Assembly (NCBI GenBank): GCA_041483895.1
Contig: JBGPGO010000001.1
Coordinates: 160,001 to 224,000 of the forward strand
Length of the DNA: 64,000 bases
From: Fimbriimonadia bacterium
GTDB taxonomy: Bacteria; Armatimonadota; Fimbriimonadia; Fimbriimonadales; JABRVX01
Direction: 5' to 3'
Positions 19,201 through 29,900 of this stretch are shown one piece after another (within the stretch, counting starts at the first letter, position 1; every line of letters starts with the position of its first letter). The position numbers were made by a program, and so were the translations under genes. The notes under the pieces are model-generated. The model ran no database searches, had not been told where the DNA came from, and was given only the letters and a program-made list of their open reading frames with translations.

Positions 19201-21253
19201 GGAGTGGCTTGAATACTCCTCGCGATTCAAGGCTCTCTCCAACTGGACGAAGAATGCCGCGCGTCCATTCGGAGATCCGGAAGAAGTCGGCGAGAACTTT
19301 AGCTTTACGAGATCGTCCACACGAAATCTCGCTTCTCACGCTACTTGGCAAGAGCGACGGAAGAACCGCAAGGGCTACGCCGATCCGGCACACCCCTTCC
19401 GCCATCAGGGCTCGGCGGACATAAACACCTACAAGATGTTCCTGGAGATTTCACATGCTCTGGTAAGCACCTCTGGTCGAATAGGGATGATAGTTCCTTC
19501 AGCGGTGTACACAGATAAGGGCTCAACAGAGTTGCGCGAACTGTTCCTCAAGCATTGTCGGTGGGAATGGCTATTTGGATTCGAGAATCGCGACGCCATC
19601 TTCGACATTCACCGCTCGTTCAAGTTCTGTCCGATCATTGTTCAAAAAGGGGGGGAAACGAAGGCGATTCGGACCGCTTTCATGCGCCGTTCGCTGCACG
19701 ATTGGGAGGTGGGAGACAAGTTCGCCATTGCTTACCCAAGGGAGCAGGTCGAACTGTTTAGCCCAGCGTTCAAAGCGATTCTCGAACTACAGTCCCAGCG
19801 CGATCTGGAGGCAATAGAGAGGCTTTATTCAAACAGCATCTTGCTTGGCGACGAGGGTCCAGATAGCTGGGGTATCAAGTACCGGACTGAGTTTCACATG
19901 ACGAATGACTCCAAACTGTTCCCGCCGCGTCTGCAGTGGGAATCTCAGGGACTCCGTCCGGATGCCTACGGGCGTTGGCTTCAATGGTCTCGATCCGTAC
20001 AAGAAGCGCCAATAGCCGGGGAGGTCGGTTGGGTGCCTCTCTTAGGAGCCGGGTGGGTCCCCGAGTCAGACGTCGTGGAAGTGGCGTTGCCGGTTTATGA
20101 AGGACGCATGGTCGGTCAGTTCGACTTCAGCCAGAAAGGGTGGGTTAGCGGTAAGGGTCGAACAGCCGTTTGGCGAGAAATCCCTTGGCAGGCTAAGGCG
20201 TTGGAACCGCAGTTCCTTATGAGTGCTGATGACTACGCAGGAGCAAAGGATAAGGACGGGCTGCCAAAGGCACGGCGCGGGATCAAGGTTGGCTATATGG
20301 ATGTTGCCTCGGCCACGAACTCACGCACGATGATCGCAACCCTCGTGGCGGACATGCCATGCGGGAACAAGGTGCCTGTACTGAGCACACGGATTCCGGC
20401 CAGGGTTCCTGTCCTTTGCGCGGTCTTGAACTCCTTCGTGTACGACTACTGCCTCCGGCAGAGGCTCGGGGGACTTACCATCAATTACTTCATCTTGGCC
20501 GAGACGCCCGTACCCAGGCTCACCGGCGATGGTGAGACAATTGCGGACCTGGTCAGCACGCTAACACTTCGTTTGGGAGCGACCCACTGCAGCTTCTCGC
20601 TAGTGTTAGACCAGCTTCCGAGAGTCGCCAGGGCTTGGGCCGACAGAAGATGGTGGGCACTTACACCTCATGAGCGAACTCGACTCCGATGCATTCTGGA
20701 TGCTGTGGTGGCTGAGTTGTTTGGGCTCGACTACGATGATCTGTCGTGGATTTTACGGGACTGTGATCGACCTATCAACGTCTTACGTGACAACGCTTTC
20801 TCCCGCCGCCTCGATCCCAAGGGGTTCTGGCGGGTGGACAAAGAGAAGGACCCTGCACTCCGACACACCGTGCTCTCTCTGATGGCGTTTCATAGCCTGA
20901 AGGAGATGGGCCTTCGGGCGTTTGTCGAGCAGAATGACGGAGAAGGGTGGTTTTTGCCCGAGAAATTGTGTCTCACCGACTACGGATTCGGCCACGACGA
21001 GCAGGCGAGGGAACACCAGCCGGTTGCGTCCAGACTTGGACCCCGGTTCCTGCCATGGCAACTGGAACTCTCCTCCGAGGAATCGTGGGAAGAGTGCGAA
21101 CGGCATGCTGAGAATCTGCGTCGGCTTCTAGGCGAGCCGGAAAAGAGAACGCCTTCTTCAACCGAAGGCACCGCCTCTAATCTCTTCGGTGGACCGGTCG
21201 CCACCGATCTGTTCGGGAACGCACTTCCGGTTCGGAAAGGAAAAATAGGCTAG
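16214..21253 (+). CDS. Eco57I/type IIG-like N6-adenine DNA methyltransferase (DrmMI-like)
   Basis: GILYEGLL, RKGAGTFYT, DPAMGSGSFL (motif I), YGVD, NPPW (motif IV), N-terminal LITNGVQWRLI, TRD-like C-terminal half. ATGA overlap with the SNF2 gene. Confidence 0.88.
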   Translation: MTTLRGDVDQPNWWSSLKHGGLLIAPSKLMECFPYGTFPLRRDKTEALRRSVTLARAGGSDATSRLLDTVFDEVLGLSPDGWKKGNAVDASWGHKMANGRSVKPRRIWMAPNGWTFPVFVTEDSQRLGIGRGRREISLVVEWLRRTGRLIALITNGVQWRLIHAGSDYEAWCEWDVEFWFESGNPAPQLDALRILLGSDSLTAAEPDELPALVQAILASRQGQAELSTLLGERVRQAVELTIRESAGTLRDLDNDAETRRAIYVAATRVVMRCVVVLFAEARDLLPRDNPIYHGSYGIQGLREQLDRQAGGRGHERLRDRCSAWPRMLSLFRLVYEGSDHEALPVLRYGGGLFVPGDRNSKDLILKALGAFEDTRNTPADATVHRILELLCRSKVKVRQGRGSIWVEAPVDFSDLSSEYIGILYEGLLDYELRRTEADESILFVNVGDQPALPLSRLEQMDDKTLSSLVEKFKKSRKLDGEDAEENDDEEEPLEDEESEEEPEVPIEVIPDQDVDDGDEARLCRERAHAWAIRAVMAGKLVAKPRGRLTAESQARYEQAVEAAAHALVTRIVLPGDWFLVRWGGTRKGAGTFYTRPQLAVPTTRRTLQPLAYDPLRKEIDQRSGLEIIREWAPKLPEEILSLKVCDPAMGSGSFLVAALRFLTQALYESLYHHGRIEAHGESALCRLADGKDTNSLLEETLPVSPDDPDFEERLKARLKRYVVERCLYGVDLDPLAVELGQMALWIETMDRELPFEFLDHKLKCGNSLVGCWFDRFLDYPVLAWNREGGDKEHRNGTHFERAAWTNAIKSKREAVKSDMARLLGQPELFAENKAAQFALETREKALKDVEYVHSLSIGDEDTRSQAYKDLFHGSQAIMRLRRDLDTWCAIWFWPSDKLADAPMPLSQFKPVSETNLIVEDIARVHRFFHWELEFPDVFRSNGSGFDAVVGNPPWETQKPNSKEFFSNHDPLYRSYGKQEAIGKQRELFTETSEIEKEWLEYSSRFKALSNWTKNAARPFGDPEEVGENFSFTRSSTRNLASHATWQERRKNRKGYADPAHPFRHQGSADINTYKMFLEISHALVSTSGRIGMIVPSAVYTDKGSTELRELFLKHCRWEWLFGFENRDAIFDIHRSFKFCPIIVQKGGETKAIRTAFMRRSLHDWEVGDKFAIAYPREQVELFSPAFKAILELQSQRDLEAIERLYSNSILLGDEGPDSWGIKYRTEFHMTNDSKLFPPRLQWESQGLRPDAYGRWLQWSRSVQEAPIAGEVGWVPLLGAGWVPESDVVEVALPVYEGRMVGQFDFSQKGWVSGKGRTAVWREIPWQAKALEPQFLMSADDYAGAKDKDGLPKARRGIKVGYMDVASATNSRTMIATLVADMPCGNKVPVLSTRIPARVPVLCAVLNSFVYDYCLRQRLGGLTINYFILAETPVPRLTGDGETIADLVSTLTLRLGATHCSFSLVLDQLPRVARAWADRRWWALTPHERTRLRCILDAVVAELFGLDYDDLSWILRDCDRPINVLRDNAFSRRLDPKGFWRVDKEKDPALRHTVLSLMAFHSLKEMGLRAFVEQNDGEGWFLPEKLCLTDYGFGHDEQAREHQPVASRLGPRFLPWQLELSSEESWEECERHAENLRRLLGEPEKRTPSSTEGTASNLFGGPVATDLFGNALPVRKGKIG

Positions 21254-21256
21254 GCG

Positions 21257-24200
21257 ATGCTCAACCCGATTGTCTTTACCGAGAAAGTGGTGGGTGACTT
21301 CCTCAAGTACCAACTCACGACCTACCCATTAGCCGACACCAGGCTTTACCAGCAGATGCGCCGACTGCTCAATCTCGAGGAGACGCGCAACTCTCCACTC
21401 TTGAAGGGACCGTATATCAGCCTTAGCCCGGCGTTCCGAGAAGGTCCTCCATTACCACAGCTCATCAAGGAGGGGCAGCTACATTCCCACATTGGCAATC
21501 TTGCGCCATTCCCAGTCCTCTATGGGCACCAGGAGAGCGCGATTCGCGCGATCGCCGCTGGAAAGACGACTGTTATCTCGACCGGTACCGGCTCTGGAAA
21601 GACGGAATGCTTCCTCTATCCTATCATAAGTAGGTGTCTGGAGCTGCGCGATCAAGAAGCAACGTCTGGCATCAGCGCCGTCATCGTCTATCCGATGAAT
21701 GCATTGGCGGAAGATCAGACAGAACGCATTCGCGAGCTTCTTGCAGGCACCGGCATTAGCTTCGGCCTGTACATCGGTAAGACGCCGGAGAAGTCTGCGG
21801 ATGCAAGCGGTAGGCGACTTAGTACTGGAGCATCGCGTGATAGCTATCGCAAGGAGATTGCGCGACGCGATGTTGGAAGTGAGCGATATGCAATCTACCC
21901 GGCTGAGGAACGTGTTTCCCGAGAAGAAATGCGCTCGCCGGAAGGACGCCCACGAATACTGTTAACAAACGTTAAACAGCTTGAGTTGTTACTGACGCGT
22001 GTACGCGACATTGAGATGTTTGACGAGGCGCGACTAGACTACTTGGTGTTCGATGAGGCGCATACATTCTCCGGCGCAGAAGGTGCAGAGACTGCGTGCC
22101 TTATCCGGCGACTTCGCGCGTTTTGTGGCAATCCAAAAACCGTTTGCATTGCTGCATCGGCCACGATCGTTGACACCGAGCGAGGCCCAGATGCGGGTAG
22201 AAACTTCGCGTCGCGGTTCTTCGGAGTTCCAAGCGACAGTGTCGCACTGGTAGGTGAGGAGTACGAGCCCCATAACTGGCAGGACAATCGCTCAATGCCG
22301 CCTGCGCCCGCAGGGGACCCCGCCACTCAGCTACGCATGATTTTGGAGGCCGTCGAAAAGGAAGACGGAACGCTCGTCAGCTCCGCATATAAATCGCTCA
22401 GTGGACATTCGCTTGACAGCGGAGATTGGCAGCAGTCTCTTTACGACAAGCTAAGTGCGATTGACCTTATCTACGAGATCTCAGCGTCACTCGCAACGCC
22501 GCGATTGTTGATGGATTTGGTTGAGAACTTGTCCGAAAACGTGGGCCGGCAAGTGTCAGAAGAGGAGATTCTCTGCTGGCTAGCACTTGGTGCTGCATCG
22601 CGCAGCGACGGCCGCCCCCTGTTGCGACCGGTTGTTCATGTGTTCACGTCCGGTGTTTCCGGCGCAGTAGTAACCTTCCCCAAGGATCTCGACGGCCCGA
22701 GGCTGTGGCTCTCCGCCGATGCTGCAGAAATGGAGGACGGAGCGGCGGCGCTCTTTCGGCTAGCAATCACAACATGCACGACCTGTGGACAGCACTACTT
22801 TCCTCATTTCGTCGCGGATCTCGTTTTCACTGGTGACGTTCCGGGCGGTGGAGAGGCGATCGACGATCGAAGGTTCTGGAGTCCGTTGGAAGAACCTCTT
22901 GGGGGTCGACGAGTGGTTCTCGTGGATCGGCTCATATCGCAGGAAGACACAGACTACGTTGACGCAGACGCTCCAGGCTTAGTGCGCCGCGGTGTGCCCG
23001 TGTACTTCTGCCGTGCATGCGGTGCGCTTCACCCTCAGGAAATGCCTCGATGTGACGGTTGTGGGGTTGAAGGGGAACTGGTCCGGCTATTCGTCCTGCG
23101 AGAAACCGGTGAACGTCCAGGGCGATTGACGCGGTGTGTAGCCTGTGGTGCACGCGGTGGAGAGCGCTTGGGTGAATATAGAGAGCCAGCTCGTCCAGTT
23201 CGGGCCGTAGCGGTGGCTGACGTTCATGTTCTCGCCCAGAACATGCTCCAGCATGCGGATCGGAAGCGCCTATTGGTGTTCGCGGACAACCGACAAGATG
23301 CGGCATTTCAGGCCGGCTGGATGCAGGACCATGCTCGACGGTTTCGGCTTCGGGCGCTTATGTTCGAACGCATCAAGCAAGGCCCAGTCTCCATCGGGGA
23401 CCTTTCTGCGCACTTGGATGATAAGTTGGACGCCGATGACGAGTTGAGCTTGTCCCTAGCACCTGAAGTCTGGCGTGTTCAGCGGAAAGAGAGTGCAGGG
23501 CATCGCCATCAAGAGGAACGCAAACGGTTCCTTCGCATCCAGGTTTTTCGAGAGCTTACGACGGCCCCGAAACAACGATTGGGACTTGAGCCATGGGGAC
23601 GGTTGAGAGTGGAGTATTTGGGAATCGATCCTGAACATCCGTTCATTCGGGAATGGTCGGCTCTGCTCTCGACTTCACCCGATGAGCTGGCTGGCGGAAT
23701 CAGCGCGCTTCTAGACTACTATCGACGCAGCCAGTCCGTATTATTGGACCGTGAAGGGCATATCTTTTCGCGGTTATGGTTGGATGGCGATTATGAGATC
23801 CAGCGCGGTTACTTATCTCGCAATCCGGCTGTTCCAAAAGGGCTCAAGCTTGAGATGGAGCCCGGGGACGAGAACAACCGAATTGTCCGCCTATTGAGTC
23901 AGCAGGGCGAGACTGTTGCACGGCACGCCGTGAAACGCTGGGGCGTTCCAAGGGACAACGTGAATGCGTTCATTGAAGCACTGTGGCAATTCCTAACTCA
24001 GGACTTGGGACTGCTTGCTGCCGTGACGTTGAAGGATCCTCGCGGTAGGTCCCTGCGAGGCTCCGCTGGAGCAAGACAGATCGACGCTGATAAACTGGTT
24101 TTGCGCGAGAACCGCGGATTATTTCGGTGCAAAACCTGCCGAAGGTCATCTCTTTGGCCCACACCGATGAGCGCATGCCTCGCCTACCAATGTGACGGGA

Positions 24201-26659
24201 CAATGCAATTCGGGGATGAGAATCCTGACGACTACGATCTAATGGTCTTGGATCAACAGTTCACTCCGGTCCTCGCTCGTGAACACTCTGGCCAGACGCC
24301 GGCTACCCTTCGCGACGAGTTGGAGCGCGCGTTCAAAAGTAGTCAGGACGGAGTGAACACACTCGTCTGCACGCCGACCCTGGAACTCGGCGTAGACATC
24401 GGGGCGCTCGATTCCGTTTTGATGCGCAACGTCCCTCCGCTACCCTCTAACTATTGGCAGCGGGCTGGTCGTGCGGGTCGCCGCCATAGGATGGCGGTGA
24501 ACCTCACCTACGCCCGCCAGGCAAGCCACGATCGGGCTTACTTTGTCGACCCGCTGAAATTGCTCCAAGGTCTAATCCAGCCTCCTCGGTTCAACCTGCA
24601 AAACGAGTTGATGATTCGAAAGCATGTTCATGCCGCGAGCCTTACAATACTTTATCGACTAACAAGAGAGGGTTCGGAACTGCCGTCCGAGGATCGAACA
24701 GAACTGATTGATGCCCTGCGTCACTGCTTCCCCCCAAAGGTCAAAGGCTATCTATTTGATGCGGCTGACGAAGTTCGTAATGCTCCACTCGATGTTAGCC
24801 AATTTGCGATGATCGTGTCGAAGCACGAAGGGCTCATACTCGACCATCTCACCAGCATATTCTCTCTGACCTGGCCATTAGAGATTTCCGGGCTTGTGAC
24901 TCGGGAATCTCTTGTGCAATACGTCCGCGAGAGCACTGATCGTTTGGCTGATGTCATCCGGCGGATTTGGTTACGTCTGCAATGGGCGCTTGACCAGATG
25001 AGGCGCTTGGACGATTCTCGGCGCGTCAAGGGCACTCTCGATCCGGATGAGGATGCGCTGTTTGCGCGCTGTGATCGGTTGGTAAAGAGGCTGAAAGGAA
25101 CTGACCGACGGCGGCGCACACAAGCCGAGGGACACGATGATATAAACACGTACTCCGTTTTGGCTGCAGAAGGCTTCCTGCCCGGATATGGGTTAGAAAC
25201 GGGATCGATCTTGGTTAATGCTCAACTGCCTCGAACATTTACGGGCATCCCGGATTTCGATTTGCGCAGGGCACCCGCATTGGCAGTTCGCGAGGAAGTG
25301 CCCGGCAATCTGATCTATGCAAATGGACATCGGTTCGTGCCGCGTTACTACCACTTGGAACCTGTTGATCCGATTGTCTTCCAGATCGATCTCCAACGCG
25401 AAGCCATCTCCGAAGTCGGAACGGCAAGAGACCACATTGCACCAGGGCTTGGTTCAATAGCTATGCGTGGCGTACCGATCTGCGATGTGGATCTGCCACA
25501 CTTCTCGGGCATCTCCGACGAGGAGGAACACCGATTCCAAATGGGAGTGTCCGTCATTGGGTACGAGCAGGGACGTCATGCAGGCGGACGGAGCTTCGAA
25601 TGGGGTGCGAAAACGGTGCAGCTTCGGCACGGACTCCACTTACGTCTGGTCAACGTCGGCCCTTCCAGTCAGGTGCGCGCCGGCACGAGCATCGGCTATC
25701 CTGTCTGTCTTGTTTGCGGCCAGAGCCGGTCGCCATTTTCATCACAGACTGAGAGGGATGCCTTCGCTTCCGACCATCGTGACAGATGTGCGCAAACTGT
25801 CGAACCGACGGCCTTCTATGCCGATATCGTCGCTGACTCTCTCTGCATCCAATCGTGTGCAGATCGGCGGGAGGCGTATAGCACGTTGGAGGCATTGCGG
25901 CTTGGTGCTTCCCTAATTCTGGACATGGAAACTGAGGACCTTCAGATCATTGTGCTTGCATCGGGAGATGCGGAAGCCGTGGATGCCTTGCTCTACGACC
26001 CAATGCCCGGCGGCTCAGGCTTGATCGAACAGATGGTTGAACGGTGGACGGAGGTGATAACTGCTGCGGCCGAGTTAGTTCGATCATGTCCAGGTGGCTG
26101 CGACACGGCTTGCGTCGACTGTCTTCTTACATTCCGCAATGCTTTCTACCATCGTTACTTGGATCGACACGTTGCGGAGCGGGAGCTATCCGACCGGGGC
26201 GGTGTATTAGAGCCTGCGCACGAGATTCCGGCTCGCCAATCGCTGGACAGCGCGCAGGGCAATGGTGAATCGGTGAATCCTGGAGAAGACGTGCTGAGGG
26301 CCATGCTACTTCGTGCCGGGTTCCCTGAACCGATCACACAGCAGCAAATAGATATCGGACCGCCGTACGGGCAGACGACGCCAGATTACTTTTACAACGA
26401 CCCTTTTGAAAGAAGCGAAGGGATCTGCATTTATCTGGACGGTTTGAGCACCCACATCCATGGCAATCCCGTGGCGAAGAACCGAGACCAAGCCATTAGG
26501 ACAATCCTTGAGAACGAGGGCTACGATGTGCTTGCCATCAGCGCAACAGAGTTGACAGACCGTGGCGCCATGTCACGCCACTTTTATCGACTGGCTCGCA
26601 AGTTACTCGACCGTGAACGGGCAATCGGGGTACGTGACGAGACCAATTGGTTTGACTGA
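21257..26659 (+). CDS. YprA/MrfA-like DEAH helicase with DUF1998 and C-terminal Vsr/DUF559-like nuclease domain
   Basis: STGTGSGKTE, YPMNALAEDQ, DEAH, SAT, several CxxC pairs, CTPTLELGVDIG, QRAGRAGR, LYDPMPGGSG..C...C..AC..CL (DUF1998), and TPDY...CIYLDG..H...D..IR..LE..GY. Confidence 0.88.
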   Translation: MLNPIVFTEKVVGDFLKYQLTTYPLADTRLYQQMRRLLNLEETRNSPLLKGPYISLSPAFREGPPLPQLIKEGQLHSHIGNLAPFPVLYGHQESAIRAIAAGKTTVISTGTGSGKTECFLYPIISRCLELRDQEATSGISAVIVYPMNALAEDQTERIRELLAGTGISFGLYIGKTPEKSADASGRRLSTGASRDSYRKEIARRDVGSERYAIYPAEERVSREEMRSPEGRPRILLTNVKQLELLLTRVRDIEMFDEARLDYLVFDEAHTFSGAEGAETACLIRRLRAFCGNPKTVCIAASATIVDTERGPDAGRNFASRFFGVPSDSVALVGEEYEPHNWQDNRSMPPAPAGDPATQLRMILEAVEKEDGTLVSSAYKSLSGHSLDSGDWQQSLYDKLSAIDLIYEISASLATPRLLMDLVENLSENVGRQVSEEEILCWLALGAASRSDGRPLLRPVVHVFTSGVSGAVVTFPKDLDGPRLWLSADAAEMEDGAAALFRLAITTCTTCGQHYFPHFVADLVFTGDVPGGGEAIDDRRFWSPLEEPLGGRRVVLVDRLISQEDTDYVDADAPGLVRRGVPVYFCRACGALHPQEMPRCDGCGVEGELVRLFVLRETGERPGRLTRCVACGARGGERLGEYREPARPVRAVAVADVHVLAQNMLQHADRKRLLVFADNRQDAAFQAGWMQDHARRFRLRALMFERIKQGPVSIGDLSAHLDDKLDADDELSLSLAPEVWRVQRKESAGHRHQEERKRFLRIQVFRELTTAPKQRLGLEPWGRLRVEYLGIDPEHPFIREWSALLSTSPDELAGGISALLDYYRRSQSVLLDREGHIFSRLWLDGDYEIQRGYLSRNPAVPKGLKLEMEPGDENNRIVRLLSQQGETVARHAVKRWGVPRDNVNAFIEALWQFLTQDLGLLAAVTLKDPRGRSLRGSAGARQIDADKLVLRENRGLFRCKTCRRSSLWPTPMSACLAYQCDGTMQFGDENPDDYDLMVLDQQFTPVLAREHSGQTPATLRDELERAFKSSQDGVNTLVCTPTLELGVDIGALDSVLMRNVPPLPSNYWQRAGRAGRRHRMAVNLTYARQASHDRAYFVDPLKLLQGLIQPPRFNLQNELMIRKHVHAASLTILYRLTREGSELPSEDRTELIDALRHCFPPKVKGYLFDAADEVRNAPLDVSQFAMIVSKHEGLILDHLTSIFSLTWPLEISGLVTRESLVQYVRESTDRLADVIRRIWLRLQWALDQMRRLDDSRRVKGTLDPDEDALFARCDRLVKRLKGTDRRRRTQAEGHDDINTYSVLAAEGFLPGYGLETGSILVNAQLPRTFTGIPDFDLRRAPALAVREEVPGNLIYANGHRFVPRYYHLEPVDPIVFQIDLQREAISEVGTARDHIAPGLGSIAMRGVPICDVDLPHFSGISDEEEHRFQMGVSVIGYEQGRHAGGRSFEWGAKTVQLRHGLHLRLVNVGPSSQVRAGTSIGYPVCLVCGQSRSPFSSQTERDAFASDHRDRCAQTVEPTAFYADIVADSLCIQSCADRREAYSTLEALRLGASLILDMETEDLQIIVLASGDAEAVDALLYDPMPGGSGLIEQMVERWTEVITAAAELVRSCPGGCDTACVDCLLTFRNAFYHRYLDRHVAERELSDRGGVLEPAHEIPARQSLDSAQGNGESVNPGEDVLRAMLLRAGFPEPITQQQIDIGPPYGQTTPDYFYNDPFERSEGICIYLDGLSTHIHGNPVAKNRDQAIRTILENEGYDVLAISATELTDRGAMSRHFYRLARKLLDRERAIGVRDETNWFD

Positions 26660-26921
26660 CACTCTTTTTGGGAGACCTTTGATCGGCTTGCAATCAGGCA
26701 ATTCAGGGCATGGATGGACGGGCAATTTGCGGACGGGAACTCAGCCCGAGGTATTGCGCCACAGGGATTAGCATTTCGGGCTCGCGGGTTACGCTTCCAA
26801 CTATCGATAATGGACGTTTTCGATACCTTCCGCTCCACCCTCAGCTAGCTGAGTGGCGGCCAACCAATGGCTGGCCGCTCCTATCACCTGGCGAAATCAT
26901 CCTTAGCCCATGCGATCTGGT

Positions 26922-29900
26922 CTACTGATGATCCCCAATCAGCCCAAAGTTGATGAAGATAATGTTCATGTCTTTCAAATCAACTGTGCCGCTTCCATCC
27001 AAGTCGCTGTCCGGCGTCGGAAGTCCGAAGTTGACGAAGATTGAGTTCAGATCCCTGATGTCCACAGCATTATCCAAGTTGGCGTCGCCGTTGGTTAGCT
27101 CCAGGTTGTTTCCAGAAATGCTTCCAGATGATGTGTCAATTTGCACGGACCTTCTCAGCCAGTGGCTCAGTTTGACCGACAACTTGAATGCACCTTGAGG
27201 GGCGGGCACCGTATAGGAACCGTCGGCACCGAGTGCGACCGAATAAGAACCGAGGTTCGTCCCACCTTGGCTAAAATCAAATGTCGCCGAAGTAATAGGG
27301 GAGCCAACCCACGTTTCTAAAGTGATCTTGCCGCTGACGGTCACTGGGCTCGTAAGGCTAGCACTATTATTGTCATACCGCACTTCAGGTATCAGTCGGT
27401 CAGGATTCACTACAACCCAAAGCGCCCCGGGGACACCTTCGAGCGGGATATTATCGAATGGCAAAACTACATCCGCATATCGGGCAAGAGAGGCGATGAA
27501 TTTCTCGTCAAGGGGTATGGAACCCGGAGGACCAGCAAGAACTTGTACCTTGACATTCTCGGCCGCACTCCAGCCGATATTCTGGATAGTGACATCGACC
27601 TTCGCCTTGCCGCCACCGATCGGAGTGAGCCGAGCAAGGACCGGATTGATGTAGAGATCGGGGAGAAGACCAACCTTGGATTGTGCTACGTTGTTATTCC
27701 GATTAGGCTCCCCGAGTTTGTTTGCCGGATCGACTACGAGGAAGAGTTCATAGGTGCCGGGACTTACCTGCCCTGGATCCCAGACCGTAGAAATTGCCGC
27801 GCTTTGTCCGGCACCGAGAGCCGGGACCGAACCTTGATCGAGGACAGTTCCGTTAGCGGGATCATCCCTCATTAGCTTCCATTCAACAGCCGATCCTGTC
27901 GCAACTGTCGATATATTTTCAATGCCGAATTCTATGACCAATTGGCCGTTCGGCAGGTATTGCCCAACGACAGGTACTTTCGCGGCGAGATCGAGGCTTG
28001 CTAAGCCAATCCCCTGTTCATTGTTCGTCTCGTCAGTTTCCGGAACGACATTTCCGGGATCAGCTTTCGCTCTCAATGTGTGGCTCTTGCCGTCGGACGG
28101 TATCGTCCATTCCAGCGCCGCAATGCCGGTCGCTCCGCCCAACAATGGGTTGGGAGAAACGACAACAAGCGCTCCTATTAGCGTGGGTCCGTCATAAAAG
28201 CCCACCTTGACGTCCTTGACGCCCAGCGCCCGCAGATTCCGGACTGTGGCGGACAACTTGACCTTCTGCCCTGGTCCCGCGTCAAGTGGATCGACTGCGA
28301 AGTCACCCGGCAATATGGCCAGGTCCGGTTTCGGCGTATGAGAAAGGAGATAGAGATCGGCGGGACCCGGCTTTCGAGTATCAACAATGTGACCACCGCC
28401 CACATCGCGCTGGTTCTTTTCGAGAAGCCGCCTCAAGTAGACGGCCGACGGGTTCCCAGCGGGGTCCCAGGCTGTGGCCACCTCGACTTCGTCCGCAGGT
28501 TCCTGACCGGGATCGTCCCATGTCAGTCGCACAGGATCCGAATACTGTTGCGCTGCCGATGCATCATAGACGGATGTCCAAATATCGCTGATTCCCTTTG
28601 AAGTCGTCGTCCAAAGGGCGGATACCTTGCCTTGAGGAGACCTCAGTACAGAAAGGTCTCCGAGCGTTGGAGATTGAGTGACCGGAACCCAACTCATCCA
28701 AGAGCCGTTGTTGAAATTCGTAACGTCGAGTTCCTCGAGCAAGTACCGAGGGAAGTCAGGATCGGGGATCTCGCTTCTTACAAAGTACAGAACCGGAACT
28801 CCGTCCGCATCGACACTTACCTCAGGGCTGCTCTCGGGCCGGTTGCCATTTGCATCTTCAGATGTAACTCTAGAACGCGACGTCCAATTGCCGTTCGCGA
28901 ATTGCGAGTAGAAAAGCCTTTGGTCACTCGTTGACGGATCAGCATCCTGATCGGCACTCCAAACGAGCGCCATTGAACCGTCCGAACGGACAGACAATCC
29001 AGGATGCTCTTTCGTATTCGCCCCGGTCAAACTCCGAATCTCGATGAAGTTTGTGCCATTCCATCGAGCAACGTGAATATCGGTGTGCGGGTTCAGAGGC
29101 TTGCTTAGATCCAATGAATACTGATTGTCCGGGCTCTTCAGCCAGGCCAAGTAAATGCCGCCATCCGCCCCGTGAACCAGCTTCGGGTTGATATCCATCC
29201 GACCGTCCTGCGTGATGAGAGAAGGCGTGTTCCAAGTATGCGAATTGGTATCATAATTCGAAAAGGCTATCTCGGCTTTCGCTTTGCGTGTGTCAGCCAG
29301 TTCTCCATCAACCGGACCAACAATCGTTGTCCATACGCCGATCAACCGTCCGTTGGGATCCAGGGCGACCTGTGGCTGGCTATCGAGTCCCGTGTCATTA
29401 TCCGGGGAAACAAGCTGCTCAGTTTTCGTGCCGTCCGTGGCATATCGAAGCGCCCGAATCTGCGTCGCCTGCCATAGGGGCTTCGACGGATCGAAGTAGG
29501 TGAAGAGTACAACGGCAGTATCGCCATCCCAGGCGAGGGATGGTTGCGCGCCAGGATAGGTGTTCGCAATGAGTTGCGTTTGGTGGACGTCTGGAGTATC
29601 ACCTTGCGCCGAAACTCCTCCCGCAAGATTGTGGTAGTTGGCATTGACAAAGCTCGTATCAGGATGGCCCCAAATCCAGGAACCATTGCCTCCCGGCGGG
29701 TACTTCGCCGGTGGATAGACGAAGTGCTGGCTCCAGAGATCGCCTTCCCAGGTTTGGTCCATGAACAGTGTCCAGACCTTCAATCGCCCCGTGACAAAGA
29801 AATCAAGCGCGATCTCATTTATGAATGGCACTCCCCAGAAATTCTTCGCGTTCTCTGCGGTGCCGGGATATTGAATCTCAGGAGACAATGCGCCGCCGGC

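Noticed and set aside
13023..26659. Canonical DISARM, Druantia (DruE) or BREX
   Set aside because: No separate DrmB or PLD DrmC, no other Dru genes, and no PglZ/BrxC.
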